Shown here: positions 1-31,878 of the stretch, piece by piece
Layout: the number at the start of each line of letters is the position of its first letter
How positions within the stretch are numbered: position 1 is the first letter of the stretch
Assembly (NCBI GenBank): GCA_963693365.1
Contig: CAVNZM010000005.1
Coordinates: forward strand, 11,617,728-11,681,727
Length of the DNA: 64,000 nt
Reading direction: 5' to 3'
Source of the DNA: Amoebidium appalachense
Lineage: Eukaryota; Protista; Ichthyosporea
Notes under the pieces: model-generated
The model's input: only the letters and a program-made list of their open reading frames with translations
Databases searched by the model: none
Told to the model about the DNA's origin: nothing
Translations under genes and position numbers: made by a program

Positions 1-73
1 AGCGCGTACATCCATCGTGCACGTCTGTGTGGGTACCCCCCCCTCTCCCCTCTCCCCCCCCCCCCCCCCCCCC

Positions 74-127
<54 letters not shown>

Positions 128-158
128 GGGGGGAGGGGGGGGGTAATATTTGACGTAC

Positions 159-18221
<18,063 letters not shown>

Positions 18222-18230
18222 CTGTGCCCA

Positions 18231-18390
18231 TCACGTGGTTACTAAAAATATCTCATGGCTACTAAAAATATCTCGTGGTTACTAAGAATATCTCGTGGCT
18301 ACTGAAAATATCTCGTGGTTACTCAAAATATCTCACGGCTGCTAAAAATATCTCGTGGCTACTAAAAATATCACGTAATTACTGAAAAAA
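18231..18390. repeat. 20-bp minisatellite, about 8 copies
   Basis: Unit approximately TCTCGTGGYTACTAAAAATA, head-to-tail with no spacers, ending 10 bp from the OPA1 acceptor at 18222. Confidence 0.92.
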
Positions 18391-19237
18391 TCCAATACCT
18401 CGCCATAACTCACCTGCATGAATAAAGAAAAGATATGTGCACTTAAAGAAATAGGAATGTGCATTTGCCGGGATGGGGGGAGGGCAGGAGGACGGGAGAA
18501 GACGAACAAACGAGAGGGGAGACGCCGGTGGGAGGGGGAGGGTTGGGGGGAGAGGGCGGGGGAGGGGGGAGTGGAAGGCAAAGGAGGCGAGCCAGCACAT
18601 ATAGGTTTGTAAACCACGGGCAGGGGGGGGGGGAGGGAGGTGGGGACAGGGAGAGATGGGGGGGAGGGGGGGGGGGGGGAGGAGAGGGGGAGAAGGCCAG
18701 TTTCATGGAACGGAGAGAGGGGGGGGGGGGGGGGGGGGGGCAGGAGGAGGCCAGTTTCATGGAACGGAGAGGGGGGGGGGGGGGGGGAGGGCAGTTTCAT
18801 CGAACGGGGAGGAGGGGGGGGGGGGGGGGGGGGGGAATATGGAGCAGAAAACTGTGTGTTGCATCGAGGGTTGTACAATAGAGCACCCAAGAAGTGGGCA
18901 GGAGTTGCAGCGCTGAAGAAGGGGGGGGGGGGGGGGGGAGGGGGGGAGGCACAAAAATTGGAACGCAGTACGAAACACAGAGATACAACGAAGAGCACCG
19001 GTGTATAATCCACAAACCTTCGGCGTCGTGCATACATACTGCGTGCACCGAAGTTCACCACCTCTCTTTACTTACTTGCTATTTATACTAATGCGGCAAA
19101 CAGGCAAATAACCAATATAGACCCTTAAGCTTCACACCAAATATCTGCACACAGGCACAGGTGTGTAGAGAGTGCTTGTGTTTGTACGTGCCCACACTGT
19201 GAGCATAAGCCATGTGGCAACATGGCAATAGGCACAG

Positions 19238-19295
<58 letters not shown>

Positions 19296-19380
19296 CATAG
19301 GCGTGCGTGCGTATGTGTGTTGTGGGGGGGGGAGGGGGGGGAGGGGGGGGGGGACAAAATGACGAAGGGGACACAGAGAA

Positions 19381-19412
<32 letters not shown>

Positions 19413-20259
19413 GGACAGAGAGAGTGTGTGTGTGGGTGTGTGTGGGTGGGGGGGGAGGGGGGGGAATAACATACAACGACTGCTGGGATGGCCACCAAAC
19501 GGGCCAAAGGGTTCATGAGTGCTGTGTTGAGATCTACCCCCACATGCACCAACAAACAGGTTCTGTGTAGATATTCCAACCACGACAAGGGCTAATGTAC
19601 GATGTCCTTCCTCTACAGCTATAATTCGGTTGTCCGTAGATGCCCTGTGGTGAAAAAGTTTAACTTTAAGCTCCTTAAAATAGTAAGAGAAGGCATGTCT
19701 GTCGGATCTTGTCATCTATAGGCCTAGGGGTAATGATGCGGCAGCGCACTAGAACATATCATCTAGGTGCCGCCCAATGTGCGCCTGTTGCCTTCTATAT
19801 GCTAAAGGTCATAACCTTCATTCTACCGGTGTCGGTGCCTTCGTTATGAAAGATGTAATGCCCCAAGAACAAAAGGCTTCCGAGTCTATCAGGGATTAGC
19901 AGGTCATGTGAGTAAGCGTGTGCTTGTGGTGCTTGTACGTGTGTGTGTGTGTGCATGTCTGCGTGTATTTGCGTGCCGCGTGCAAGATTGTGTGCGTTTA
20001 TATGCATGTCTGCTTTGTGCGTGTAACCCGTGTCTATGTGCACGCGCCCTTGTGCGTTTGCGTGCAGGTGTTCGTGCACACGATTGTGTGTGCGTGTGCG
20101 TCTGAGCCCATCTATGAAACTCAACTAGTTGTATTGCCTGTTAACAGATCTATAGCTCTCCGTAGCACCTTTGTGCCTGGATTTCTGTACAGTTAATGGC
20201 CAAATTCCCTGCAAAACTTTCCCAGGTATTATTCGTCCTTAAACCAAACATGCTTTCAA

Positions 20260-21016
20260 TAACAACTCTTCGGCTAATCAACCATGAACAAGAACATTCT
20301 ATAAACATCAGCCTATCAAATGGACCATACCACCAACCACAGGCACTACATTCTCGATGCTCCCTACTATCCCAAAGCACAAATCCGCACCCATTAACTT
20401 GCCAGATTGCAGGTAAATCCCTGCAGTGGGGTATTTACCTATTTTGTATGAAAATCCACTCCGGCAACATCAAAACCTAAAATTAGCTTCACAAGTGCAA
20501 AGCAGCGGCTTCTCTGCAACTGCAGCCGGCCGGGGACTTCACGTTAAATTTTGTGTGATCCTGGAAAAGTAGTCTGTTTATTACCTCTACAAACGCATTT
20601 TTGGTGACTAATAATGTGTGATGTTGAAAGAGAAAGGTGACGTCATTACAATGCAGACTACAAGAAGCAGCCCTTGGCTAAGGCTTGGCCAATCATGCGT
20701 CATATTACATTTGACGGATTTTGGCGCCAAAAGCGTTAAAGACACCATTCCTGTCACTCGTCATAAAAACAAGGAGGAATCACGCAAAAATACCCATATA
20801 TGGTAGGTCTAACATATATATTCTGCACTCGTCTTTAAGCCCCAACACACAGAAACACGGGGGGCCGGGGCCCTGCATCTCCCAGCGGAGGCCTTGGATC
20901 AGGAGGCCTTGGGCGCTGTAGGTTGTGGAAGAGGCCTTGCCTAAACCCAAAGGCTCAGTTTAACGTGACCTTTCTTTCTTTTTTTTTTTTTTTTTGGTCT
21001 TTTTCCTTAGACAATC
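20260..21016. promoter_or_regulatory. Putative bidirectional promoter between OPA1 (-) and the TMEM70-like gene (+)
   Basis: Divergent gene arrangement. Region lacks long microsatellites and contains a TGACGTCA palindrome (20638-20645) and CCAATCA (~20689). Transcription starts are not known. Confidence 0.45.
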
Positions 21017-21421
21017 ATGTTCAGGTTACCTTCTTTGAGCCAGTGTCCGAGGCACAAAACCTTGCACGCTGTGCTGAGACCACAGCTACCAGCGAGGCGT
21101 TTCTCAAAACATGTGACCCCAAGGTGTGAGTTGTTGCAGCGCCCTCCTCCGCCAGTTTCGGTCCCGCGTCTTCGTATGGGGAATGGAAAGGATTGAGGCC
21201 TGATGAGCGGGGATATGAGGGCTGATGCGTTTGCGTGTATGTTAGCGGGATGGGGGAGGGCGGGGAGGTTTGTTTTGGGAGGGAGGAAGGGGGAGGGGAG
21301 GGAGGGAGGGAGGGGAGGGAGGGAGGGAGGTGAGGGGGTGGGGGGAGAGAAAGAGAGAGTGAGAGAGAGGGAGGGAGGGAGGGAGTGAAGGGGGGAGGGG
21401 GGAGGGGGGAGGGGGGGGGGG

Positions 21422-21460
<39 letters not shown>

Positions 21461-23870
21461 GGAGGGAGGGAGGGAGGGAGGGAGTGAGTGAGGGGGGGGG
21501 GGGGGGGGGGGGGGGGGAGAGAAAAAGAGAGAGAAAAAGGAAGAGGAGAGAGAGAGTGTAGAGTGGGAGGGTGGGAGTGAGAGAAAGGTTTAGAAAACGA
21601 ACTTGTGCCGTGATTAGGCATATGCGTGAGATCAAGCCCATGTTCTGTTGTGGATGCGACTAGGTATGAGGTTTTTGTGGGCTCAACGTTACTAATTGGG
21701 ATTTTTCTTCCTTATGATGCGTGTCCTTGGGAGTTCATTCTTATCATTGATCAGGTTTTTCGCCGGCATCGTTTCAACCGCCCTTCAGCCAACTTAGTCC
21801 TTTCTTATGAAATGGATATAACATGTTCTCTACCTGCAGGCAAAAACCGACCACGAGCGTAGTGGGCGACACAGCCGCCGTGTACAGTAGTGACAGGGTG
21901 GGACGAGTCAAGACACTGGGCCGGGCAGGGGCCGTGTTTGCTGTTGTGAACTTATCGGTGGGGGGTATACTGGTGGCTAATACAATAGAGGTATGTGTGC
22001 AATGTGCTTGCTTATTTCGGTGATGTTTCATCAATGTGTGAGTGGGCGTAGTGTATGCCTTCATGCACGAGGGGAAGCACATAGCAAATCATCCTCTCCC
22101 CCCCCCCTCCCCCCTTTCCCCCGCGGCCCTGCGGCCCCCTTTCTTTCCCTCTCATGTCTGCCAATCGTAATGTGAGGGGCTTGGGTCACAGTGGGTGGAG
22201 GCAACAAAAATGCTGTGGTATCTTTAAAGGATGTCTGGGACAGAATTTTGGCAGTACGTCGGGACGTCGGGACATGGGACATATTATCCACCCCACCCCC
22301 CCCCCCCCCCCCCTCCCCCCCACCCACCCACCACGCGAAAAGGGGTGTGGGGAATGTTTGTGCCGCACGGTGCCCTTGGAAGTGTCTATAAGCTCTACTC
22401 TATGTTGTTATACTGCATTCTAACCACCTACCCCCCCCGGGGTTCCTGGTCCGTTTACAGAAGAAAAAAACAGACACTGGCCTGATACTTGGAGGTAGGC
22501 ATGCTATGGTGCACCATATTTCTTGCTTCGCTTTCCCTCCCATGCCATGCTTTCATGACCTACATGGCTATGTATGCAAACATTCCTCTATTCATACCGT
22601 CTCATCATGCCTCCATCTCTCTCTCTCCCCGCCCCCTTCCTCCCCCCCCCCCCCCCCCCCAAAAAATAAATAAATAAATAAATAAATAAATAACAATAAT
22701 AAAATAAATCAGAATAAAGCATGTGCGCACGACACGCACGCACGCACACACAAACACACACGCACACACACACAGGTGCACACGTGTACACAAAGCATGC
22801 ACTCGGGGCCCTGTTTTTATGCCTGCCCAATAATATTCCTTATGGATCTTTAAGTTCGTTATATTTATGTACTGTTTCTTACATCCTCAATACCCCATAT
22901 TCCTCACGCAATAATTCCCCCTCAGGTCTTCATACGGCACTTGGTGTCGTGCTATTGGCGCTTGGCAGGCGCTACATGGGTCAATACGTATCAAGCATTG
23001 TGTCTGGGGCCCAAAATACCATCCATGTCAATACTTTGTCGCTACTGGGCGTACAGAAGTCGGCCACTTACCGATTAGCAGGTATGTGGGTGAAACGATG
23101 TGTGAATGTGTGTGTGTGTTTGGAGGCGAGAGAAGGGGGGGGGTTACTGTTTGTGGCAACGAGCATGTGTGGTTTCTCTTGTCATTTTGTGTTTTCTAAC
23201 TGGTGTTTGTCGTGTGTGTGTGCAAAGCTGATGGTGTGTGCTCTTTTTGGGTGCATATTTATAGAAGTTAGGAGGGGGGGGGGGGGGGGGGGGGGGGGCT
23301 GTAGTTTAATAAGTGGAAAATGCTGTATGTTGCATGCTTTGTTATCGTCAACACGTGAAGCGCTTTGGTTCAAGGACAGAGATAAAAGATGAAAGAGTCG
23401 GTATGTTACACAGGAATCGGAGAGGCGGCTGGGCGAAAGGAGAGGGGGGGACGGGTGGTGGGGGGGTGGTGTGTGTGTGTGTGTGTGGAGGGGGGAAGAG
23501 GGGGCGGGGGGGGGCGAGGGAGTAGTGGAAAGAGGCCCTGGTGTGTGTGTGCGTTGGGGGGGGGGAGGGGGGGGATCCATATTTTGTAGCATATTTAAAC
23601 AATATGATTAAATCATCTCGATTTTGCCATACATGTCAAACTAACCAATCACATTGTCCCCTTCCTTCAGGCCGCATTCCTGAGCCCATTGCACCCAAGC
23701 TTCAAGACTTTGTGGCTGGACGCATAGAGACCAAGGGGCTAGGTCCCTTTGATGCCATGCTGCATGTGCCATGTGCCCAGGGTATGGGCCACTTTGTCGA
23801 TGTGAGAGGAAGGGTCGGCCCTCAGCCACTGGTGGAGAAAGTATTGATGGCACAGTGGGTGCCGGTATAA
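21017..23870 (+). CDS. Mitochondrial inner-membrane protein, TMEM70/TMEM186/TMEM223-like (presequence plus two transmembrane helices)
   Basis: Exons 21017-21123, 21840-21990, 22461-22494, 22926-23081, 23671-23870, all GT-AG and phase-consistent. The protein starts [32 protein letters not shown] (Arg-rich, acid-free presequence-like), then [33 protein letters not shown] (TM1), [30 protein letters not shown] (TM2 plus YV) and [10 protein letters not shown]...FVDVRG. The family call rests on architecture, not a search. Confidence 0.72.
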
Positions 23871-23926
23871 TAGTAGAGGGCTCTTATGTATATATCCTCA
23901 GAGTGGGTGCCGGTATGATGGAGGGT

Positions 23927-23984
<58 letters not shown>

Positions 23985-24141
23985 CATTCTCTTGCAACAT
24001 CTGCCAACCCCATCTGCACTCACAGAAACACACATAAACACAGACAAGCTCTTCCTTCTGCATCCCAGCCTTCGATAGGGGAATCATCAAATCCGCAGAA
24101 GTGCGCGCAGAGGAGGGCCCCCGCCCCGGGTGGGGTGGGGT

Positions 24142-24188
<47 letters not shown>

Positions 24189-24581
24189 GACAATGTTTTA
24201 TTTACTTGATCATCCTGGTATTGAACTGCTGTGTGGTTTCTAGTCGAGGAGCCACATTTTTCCCGTTTTTTCGTGCGTGTGGTTGTGATGTGAAAGCGGC
24301 TGACACATGTGTAGCGCTTTTTGTCTGTTAGACACTCAGTCGTACGTACAGCAAACACATGTACGACTGAGTGTCTAACAGACTGTATAAATCAAGGCCT
24401 CCTTATCTCCTAATATAGGTATAGATTTAATAAAAAGAAGGAATATAGTACGAACATGAACATTCCATCCAAGATTCACACCCGGTGAATGAGGTACGTG
24501 TGACTCGGGAGGAGGAGGGGGAGGGGGGGGAAGATGACGTAACGACAAATAATTAACCATTTAAGGCTATTCAGGCAGACA

Positions 24582-26106
24582 ATGATTGGAGTTGCACGGG
24601 GTGTACCACACTGCATTGGTGTTCTGTTAGAAGCACTCTTGTCTCAAACCTATGGTAGAGCTGTGGTTAATGGGCATCTTTCATATGGTTTTGCTCGTAC
24701 GAGAGGTCTCTTGCAGGGTTCATTGCTTAGCCCCTTTTTGTTTAACCTATTTATAGATGAATTGGCTGTCAAGATTTCACCGAAAACGATGACCCTATTA
24801 ATACTTTCCGCCTGCACTTCTCTATTCGGATGATCTGTCCCTCCTTGCCCGTACCCCTAGACGCCTGCAAAGATCGTTCGTTGTAGTGTCAGAGTGGTGC
24901 AAGGCAAACCTTATGACCCTTACATAGACAAATGTGGTGTTCTTGTACCTGATATAGCTAACAATTTACACACATTTACATTGTCATCTAAACCTGTACC
25001 TATAGTTCCAGAAAGCAAATATCTTGGTGTTCCGGTTAATTCTGTTGGTGTTATGTTTTCCCATATGGTCGAAAAGAGGGTAGAGTTGGCTCGTAAGCGG
25101 TTCGCTTTCTTCTCGGCTAATATTTTTAAAGACACACCACTCCATCCTTCTATTAGACTTACATTTATTCGCACTTTTGTCTTCCCGGCATGTGAATATG
25201 GTTTACCCCTTCTCGCCGCTTGGATCAAGAAAGAGAGAACTAGAGCGCTCAAACCCTTGGCAAATTTCCTTGAAGCAGAAGTTGCCTCCTTTCTATCTAA
25301 CAACTGTTGTAAACCTGGGCCTGTAACGCTCTCGATATATGGTCTGGTCCCAATAGCTGCTAGATATCCCATCTCGCGCTGAAATTCAATAAGCACATAA
25401 GCCACTTAAAGAAGTATTTGCCTCCCACCCTCTCTTCTCTATCCGACCTGTCCCCTCCTCCCCTCTCCCCTCTTTCCTTCCCTCTCTCTCTCCTTCTCCC
25501 CCAGGCACAAATACACATAAACCCCGCAAAAGTGTGCCGCGTGTGACTTTGGACTGCCACTTACTTATTAAACATGTACACAATCACAAGATAATCACGC
25601 AATATAACAAATGGAAAAAGATACCACACGACACTAGACCCGATGAAAGCAGACACCTTGAAAAACTAAGCCTTATGTCTCGTTTTATATATAATGACCG
25701 CCTTAACCATATTGCCAAATATGGCACTCGCAAATGTATAACACCTAAATACATATTACCTTCCTGTAGAACCGTTGGTCTTTCTCTAGCTGATGGTATT
25801 ATTGATCAATTACCACGCTTTTACTGTACACGTGCTATACAGTGGAGATCTAATAAGTATAAGGTGGCATCGTTTGCATGCCCAAACAACACACACACAC
25901 ACCAGTTTAAACGGTCATGTATCGCCAAATGTAGTTTGATAGACCACATACCGCAACACACACACGTCACATTCACAAATGACACCCAGAAAGATAGCCT
26001 ACCTGTAAATTACAACATCTTTGATTTTATACTAAACACGCGTAACTACGACCTGTTTATTAGATGTATTGATTGGCTTGAGAAACACATCATTACAAAA
26101 ATTCTA
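24582..26106 (+). mobile_element. 5'-truncated, frameshifted non-LTR retrotransposon (LINE) reverse transcriptase relic
   Basis: RT motifs across shifted frames: GFARTRGLLQGSLLSPFLFNLFIDEL (24582-24833), LLYSDDLSLL (~24816-24846), KCGVL, KYLGVP, IRLTFIRTFVFPACEYG (24894-25382). A Cys/His-containing C-terminal part (25534-26106) runs into (GC)n(CA)n. Confidence 0.9.
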
Positions 26107-26107
26107 G

Positions 26108-26162
<55 letters not shown>

Positions 26163-26190
26163 CCAGCTGATATCGAGTGTCCCAGGGGAG

Positions 26191-26223
<33 letters not shown>

Positions 26224-27120
26224 CCCCCCGGGGGCCCCCCCACAAAAAAAAAAAAAAAAAATAGCGGGGAACCCCAACTAATTGATTTTTCTTATGTGTG
26301 TCCTGCTACAACTAGGCCACCTTATCAGAGAGCTAGATGCAGTTTCTCCGGGTTATCTAGGGGCCGGGACCGTTGGGATTGTTTTTTAGCTCAGATTTGG
26401 TCATGCATTGCTCTTTTAGAGGCTGACTTGCTTGCTGTGCCTCGATAGGTTTTGAGGGGGGCCTGTTGGGAAGGAGCAGTAATGATATCTTCTTGCGGAG
26501 TGTGGTACGGTTGGAGCAAACTAGTTTCACGCATACACGTACACTTAAGGTTTTGCAATTGCCCGCTGGTGTCCTTTGTCACTTGTCGCTTTATTTTTAT
26601 TTCGTAGCTTTGGCTTTTTCAGTTCTATTGGTGGTTATGTAGCCTGTGGCTGCACGTTGCCTTCATCAACGGACCAATAAACCCGAGTCAAAAGATTTTT
26701 TTTTCTTTTTCTTAGTCTTTATGGTGTCTCGTAGAGAAAGTAAACCCTGATATATAGTCATCACGTATGTGATCATGATATACCGCTGAGGGGATATTCC
26801 GAGCAAAAACCCCCCATACCTGAGACTGGTCTCTCTTTGCCTCGAGTAAACAGCGTAAACCCCCAAGGTCACTTCATCGGCTCAGCGCTGAGTTGCTCCA
26901 TCTCCTTGCAGTCATGCTCAGTGCTCAGCGAAGATCGAACCCGGCAAACAACTCGAATGTGGAGAAAACAAAAGCCTTCAATTTGAATGTTTTAGAGCCA
27001 AGTCGTGAACAGTGTCTGCGTACTGTGTTCCGTTTATTATATGCGTTCTATAGCTACGGGTAGCGCTAGCACCAATTTGGACGCCCTTAGCAAACTGTTC
27101 TGACTTGCTGTGTACATATC

Positions 27121-27439
27121 ATGGGCAACGGCATGAACAAGGCGAGTTCTTGTGCTTGTGCCAGTGTTTGATGTAGAGATTTGGGCGTGTATACGTAGAT
27201 GCGTGCATCATGGATGGTAGGTGAGGTGCTCTAGCGTGGCGAGCAGTTTATCAAGAGTGGCAAAGTACATTGGGTTAAAGCTAGTCGTTGTTAGTTTGCC
27301 TAGGGGGAGTTCATGTAGGGCGTAAAGAGGGCAGGAAAAGGCCTAGGGGTTGTACACAAGTTCGTGGTCATGTAGGACATGTGTGTGTGTGTGTGGGTGG
27401 ATGGGTGGATGGGTGGGTGGGTGGGTGGGTGGGTGGTGT

Positions 27440-27495
<56 letters not shown>

Positions 27496-28002
27496 GTCTG
27501 CTCGCGCACGCGCGCGTGTGTGTGGTTGTGTGTCATAGCGTGTCCCTGTGCTTGTGTGTATAAACCAACATGCCTCTTTGTTAAAACTCTACTTGTAGAG
27601 TTAGGATTAAGAGGATTAAAAGTGGTCGACAAATGGGAGAGAGAAGAACATGCCCAATCCGCTAGCATTTGGAGCTGTTGAACTTGAAGACCACTTGTCA
27701 CCTAACTTTTTCAAGAGTCTTTTTTTACGATATGTTTTCTCCCTTCCAGGTCCTTCCTCAGGTCTACCTGGGAAGTGTCAGAGGTATTCCACTTCAAACC
27801 TCTTACGTCTTCTCTCTCTGTCCCCCCGCTCGCTTCCCTCCCCCCCTCCCCCCCCCCCCCCTTCCCCCTGCCCCCTGCCCCGCCCCTCTTATTATCCGCG
27901 AGCTGTGTTGCCGATTCTAATGCTGTGTTTGCCTTCTTTCACGTTGAAACCCCCCCCCCCCCCCCCCCCTCCCCCCGTCCTTCTCTCATCTCTTTCTCCC
28001 TC

Positions 28003-28041
<39 letters not shown>

Positions 28042-28598
28042 CACACACACACACACACACATACACAACAATAAACCTTCCTTGGTATGGGCTCAAAGTA
28101 CAAGTGTAAGAAAGAACTGTTACAGAGTAGGAACCAGTTTTCACATCTTTTCTTTGAAGCTGCTATGTCTTTTTGTAGTTAGGTTTCCTGCTAGGCAGTC
28201 TGAGAATGTGTTTTATCTGTGGTCAGCGGCCTGTAAAATCAACCTGCTTGCATTGCAGTGTCTTGTTTCTTGGTGTTGTGCTCTTGGGAGGTTAGTCGAG
28301 AAGCATTGGATGATTAAAATAGTGTGAAGCACATAAGAGTCGCGGTATATGTATTTATGTTTGTGTGTGGGGGGGGGGGGGGGGGGAGGGGGGGGGGGGG
28401 GGGTAGGTGTGCATGTGGTTTTTTTTTTTTTTTTTTTTTTTTTGGGGGGGGGGGGGGGGGGGAATAGTGCTCACCCTTTGGTTGTCAGACTCTCGTGATC
28501 GGCAGCAGCTGAACGAGTTTGGAGTCACCCACATCCTGTCGGTGCACGAGGGTAGTGTGCCCCTGTATGAGGTGGGTGTCCTCTTGCTAAAAAATCGA

Positions 28599-28652
<54 letters not shown>

Positions 28653-28662
28653 ACACACATGC

Positions 28663-28693
<31 letters not shown>

Positions 28694-28759
28694 AACATGT
28701 GTTTAGGATTTTCGTCAACATTGTGTTCGTTTGCTGTCTTCCCCCCCCCCCCCCCCCCC

Positions 28760-28793
<34 letters not shown>

Positions 28794-29089
28794 TGCGCGC
28801 GCGCGCACGCGCGTGCGGGCGTGCGGGCGTGTGGGTGGGTGTGCGTGTGCGTGTGTATGTGTGTGTGTGTTTGGGGGGGAGGGGGGGGGAAGGGGGGGGC
28901 GGTAGGCCCCTTTGCTCCATTGGTTCCTTCTTCTCCCGCGGTTGCTGTGAATCATTCTATCCCCGTAGCCAATATCACTACATTGAGTTATCTGCATCAT
29001 TATTCACACTGATAACACCCATGTGCACACACATCCACATATTGGCTGCCTTCACGGACTGCTGTCCTGTGCACCCTCTCCCCTCGTTC

Positions 29090-29125
<36 letters not shown>

Positions 29126-29305
29126 TTTCTCCCCCTGAGTGTTGCCGATGTTCCGTACTTGAAAGTCTGCTTTTGCATGTGTCCTGCACATGTCGTGTAA
29201 TTGTGCCTCCCCCCCCCCCCCCCCCCCCCCCTCCAAACATACACTCACACACAAAAAAATGGAAGGAGAAAGAAAAGGGGTGTGTGCGTGTGTGCGTGTG
29301 TGCGT

Positions 29306-29336
<31 letters not shown>

Positions 29337-29413
29337 GGGAGGGGGGGGGAGGGGGGGGGGGGGGGGGGGACGTAAGTGGGAAAAGGTGGTAGTCGTGACG
29401 ATAGTGGTTTTTT

Positions 29414-29444
<31 letters not shown>

Positions 29445-29575
29445 GGGGGGGTCATTATAAAGCACCCCCATTCCGCACCTTACCGACCCGAGCAGTGGGG
29501 CTGACCACTGTGCTTACAGGACATGCAGTACAAGTGCATTAGTGCTGCTGACAGCCCAAACCAAAACCTGTATGC

Positions 29576-29613
<38 letters not shown>

Positions 29614-31265
29614 CACACACACACACACACACGCACAGACACACACACACCAAAAAAAAAAAAAAAAAAAGAGGAAGAGAGAAAGAGAGAGAAAAGAAGA
29701 GAGAAGAAGCAGGGGGGGGGGGGGGGGGGATGTGGTGGAAGAGAGAGGGGGGGGGGGGGGAGGGGGGAGAGAGAGAGAAAGAGAAGGAGAAAGATGAAGG
29801 AAAGAAAAAAAGAGGAAGATATTCTCCGGGCTTTGCTGAATAGTGATGTTCTCCTTCTTCCTTGTCATGTCAGGACCACCCTCCTCCTTCTTCACTCCGC
29901 CTCACTAATGCAGTCTATACCTCTCCATTCCCTCATGTTGCACACCGTGTGTGTTCGCTGTTTCGTAACATTTTACATCCTACATGGTGTTCTTCTTTCC
30001 GTACAGCAGATTCCCCTAATTCGGAACACCTAAGAGGTACCTACTTTTGCGTGATCAAAAAACGCTATTTTCAATATGAAACATGCAAAAAAAACAAAAC
30101 AACATATATAATTGATATTTAGCGTTTATTGCACAAGTTCAGTAAGTTTTACTTATTTTTATAAGTAACAATTTTGGTCGACCCAGGTATGCCTCATCGC
30201 TGCTGCGCACCTAATTCGGAACACCTTCCATTCCGATGGACCCCGTTAGATTGGAATTCGTATAATAATAAAATCGCCCATATTGATGCAAATCGGTGTT
30301 CCATTTTGGGGGGATCTTCAAAAAGAGAACAACGTTTGCAATGAAAGAAATGTGTTGTAGCACTTCATATATACTAGTATAATTGCAAAATTGAATAGTA
30401 ATTATAACTAAGAATGTTTTTTATTATTTACTATATGTGGTAGCTCTACTTTTTTGAGTACCTAACAAGGTGTTGAGATTGAGGATCACTAAACCTACGG
30501 CAGGCCGGCGGCGGCGGCTCCCGCCTGAAAATTTGATCGTGCCCCCGCCCAGCCGCCTACCGGTCTAGTACTCTCAACTTTCAACACCTTGTTAGGTACT
30601 ACTTGAAGAAGTAGAGCTACTACCCATGTCACATAATACCAAATCTTCTTCATAAAGTATATTTCTTAGTTATGCATTCATACCAGTAGTTAAGTGCTAC
30701 AACAATTTTCTTCCATTGCAAGCCTTGTGTTTCTATTAATGTTGCTTGCTGAATCCAACAGAATCCGCCGGCATCGGCACTGCCAGGAGCCACTTTTATA
30801 CATAAAAGTCGCTGTTCTTGGTACCTACGTGTAGGGCTAATACTCCCCTACCCAACCATGTAAAAATATTGTCATTTTTATAGGTTTTTATGTCCATCGA
30901 GACGCTCCGATGGGGGATGTTCCGAATTAGGGGGTGTTCCGAATTAGGGGAATCTGCTGTATGTTTCGAATAATGTGCACCTTTAACGAGACGACATACT
31001 CCGTTAAAGTGCAATTTTCATCGATTGACCTAATGTAATAAACAAAACCAACATGCACACACACATAACTAACGTCATCTATTGCAGGTCACAGTACTTT
31101 AAGGAATGCAACGACTTTATACACCAGGCACGGGCAGGAGGGGGAACGGTCTTAGTGCATTGGTTGGTGACACCCCCTCCCCCCCTCCCCAACTCTTTCC
31201 TCTACACTCACTTGCCACCCCCCACACGCTCTATAACTCTTCCTTCCTCTCCCTTATTGTGTCCC

Positions 31266-31328
<63 letters not shown>

Positions 31329-31404
31329 AATACTCTTTCCGTGTGCTTTGAAATATGAAATATGTTATCCCCCATGCATGTGCATTCGTGCTCTTTAACA
31401 CAGT

Positions 31405-31453
<49 letters not shown>

Positions 31454-31643
31454 CCCAAACCCCTGCGCGACTGCCGCCATTATGTAAAGGAATTGACCTG
31501 CTTGCACGATAATGAAACTTGTGCACTCCGAGAATTGAAAACGATCATGTGTTTATTACTGAACACATGTGTTGACATGCACGTACACACTTGCACACCG
31601 TACACACGCTCCTCGCACACACGTACGCACACACACACATACA

Positions 31644-31721
<78 letters not shown>

Positions 31722-31794
31722 CACACACACACATTCGCGCGCACACACCCCTCTCCCCCCCACCCCCCCCCCCCCCCCCACACACGCACAAAAA

Positions 31795-31878
<84 letters not shown>

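Noticed and set aside
18231-18390. 20-bp repeat as a CRISPR or iteron array
   Set aside because: No unique spacers; a simple intronic minisatellite.
18414-20252. Candidate 5' exons of OPA1 (e.g. MFGLRTNN.. near 20252, ..LMNPLARLVAIPAVV ~19533-19475, IFGVKLKGLYWLF from 19144)
   Set aside because: Partly reminiscent of the OPA1 transmembrane region, but I could not join them to exon 18221 without a stop or an implausible donor. Left unresolved; needs cDNA.
20850-21960. Minus-strand exon chain (..[23 protein letters not shown]..)
   Set aside because: Overlaps the better-supported plus-strand TMEM70-like exons and has no recognisable homology.
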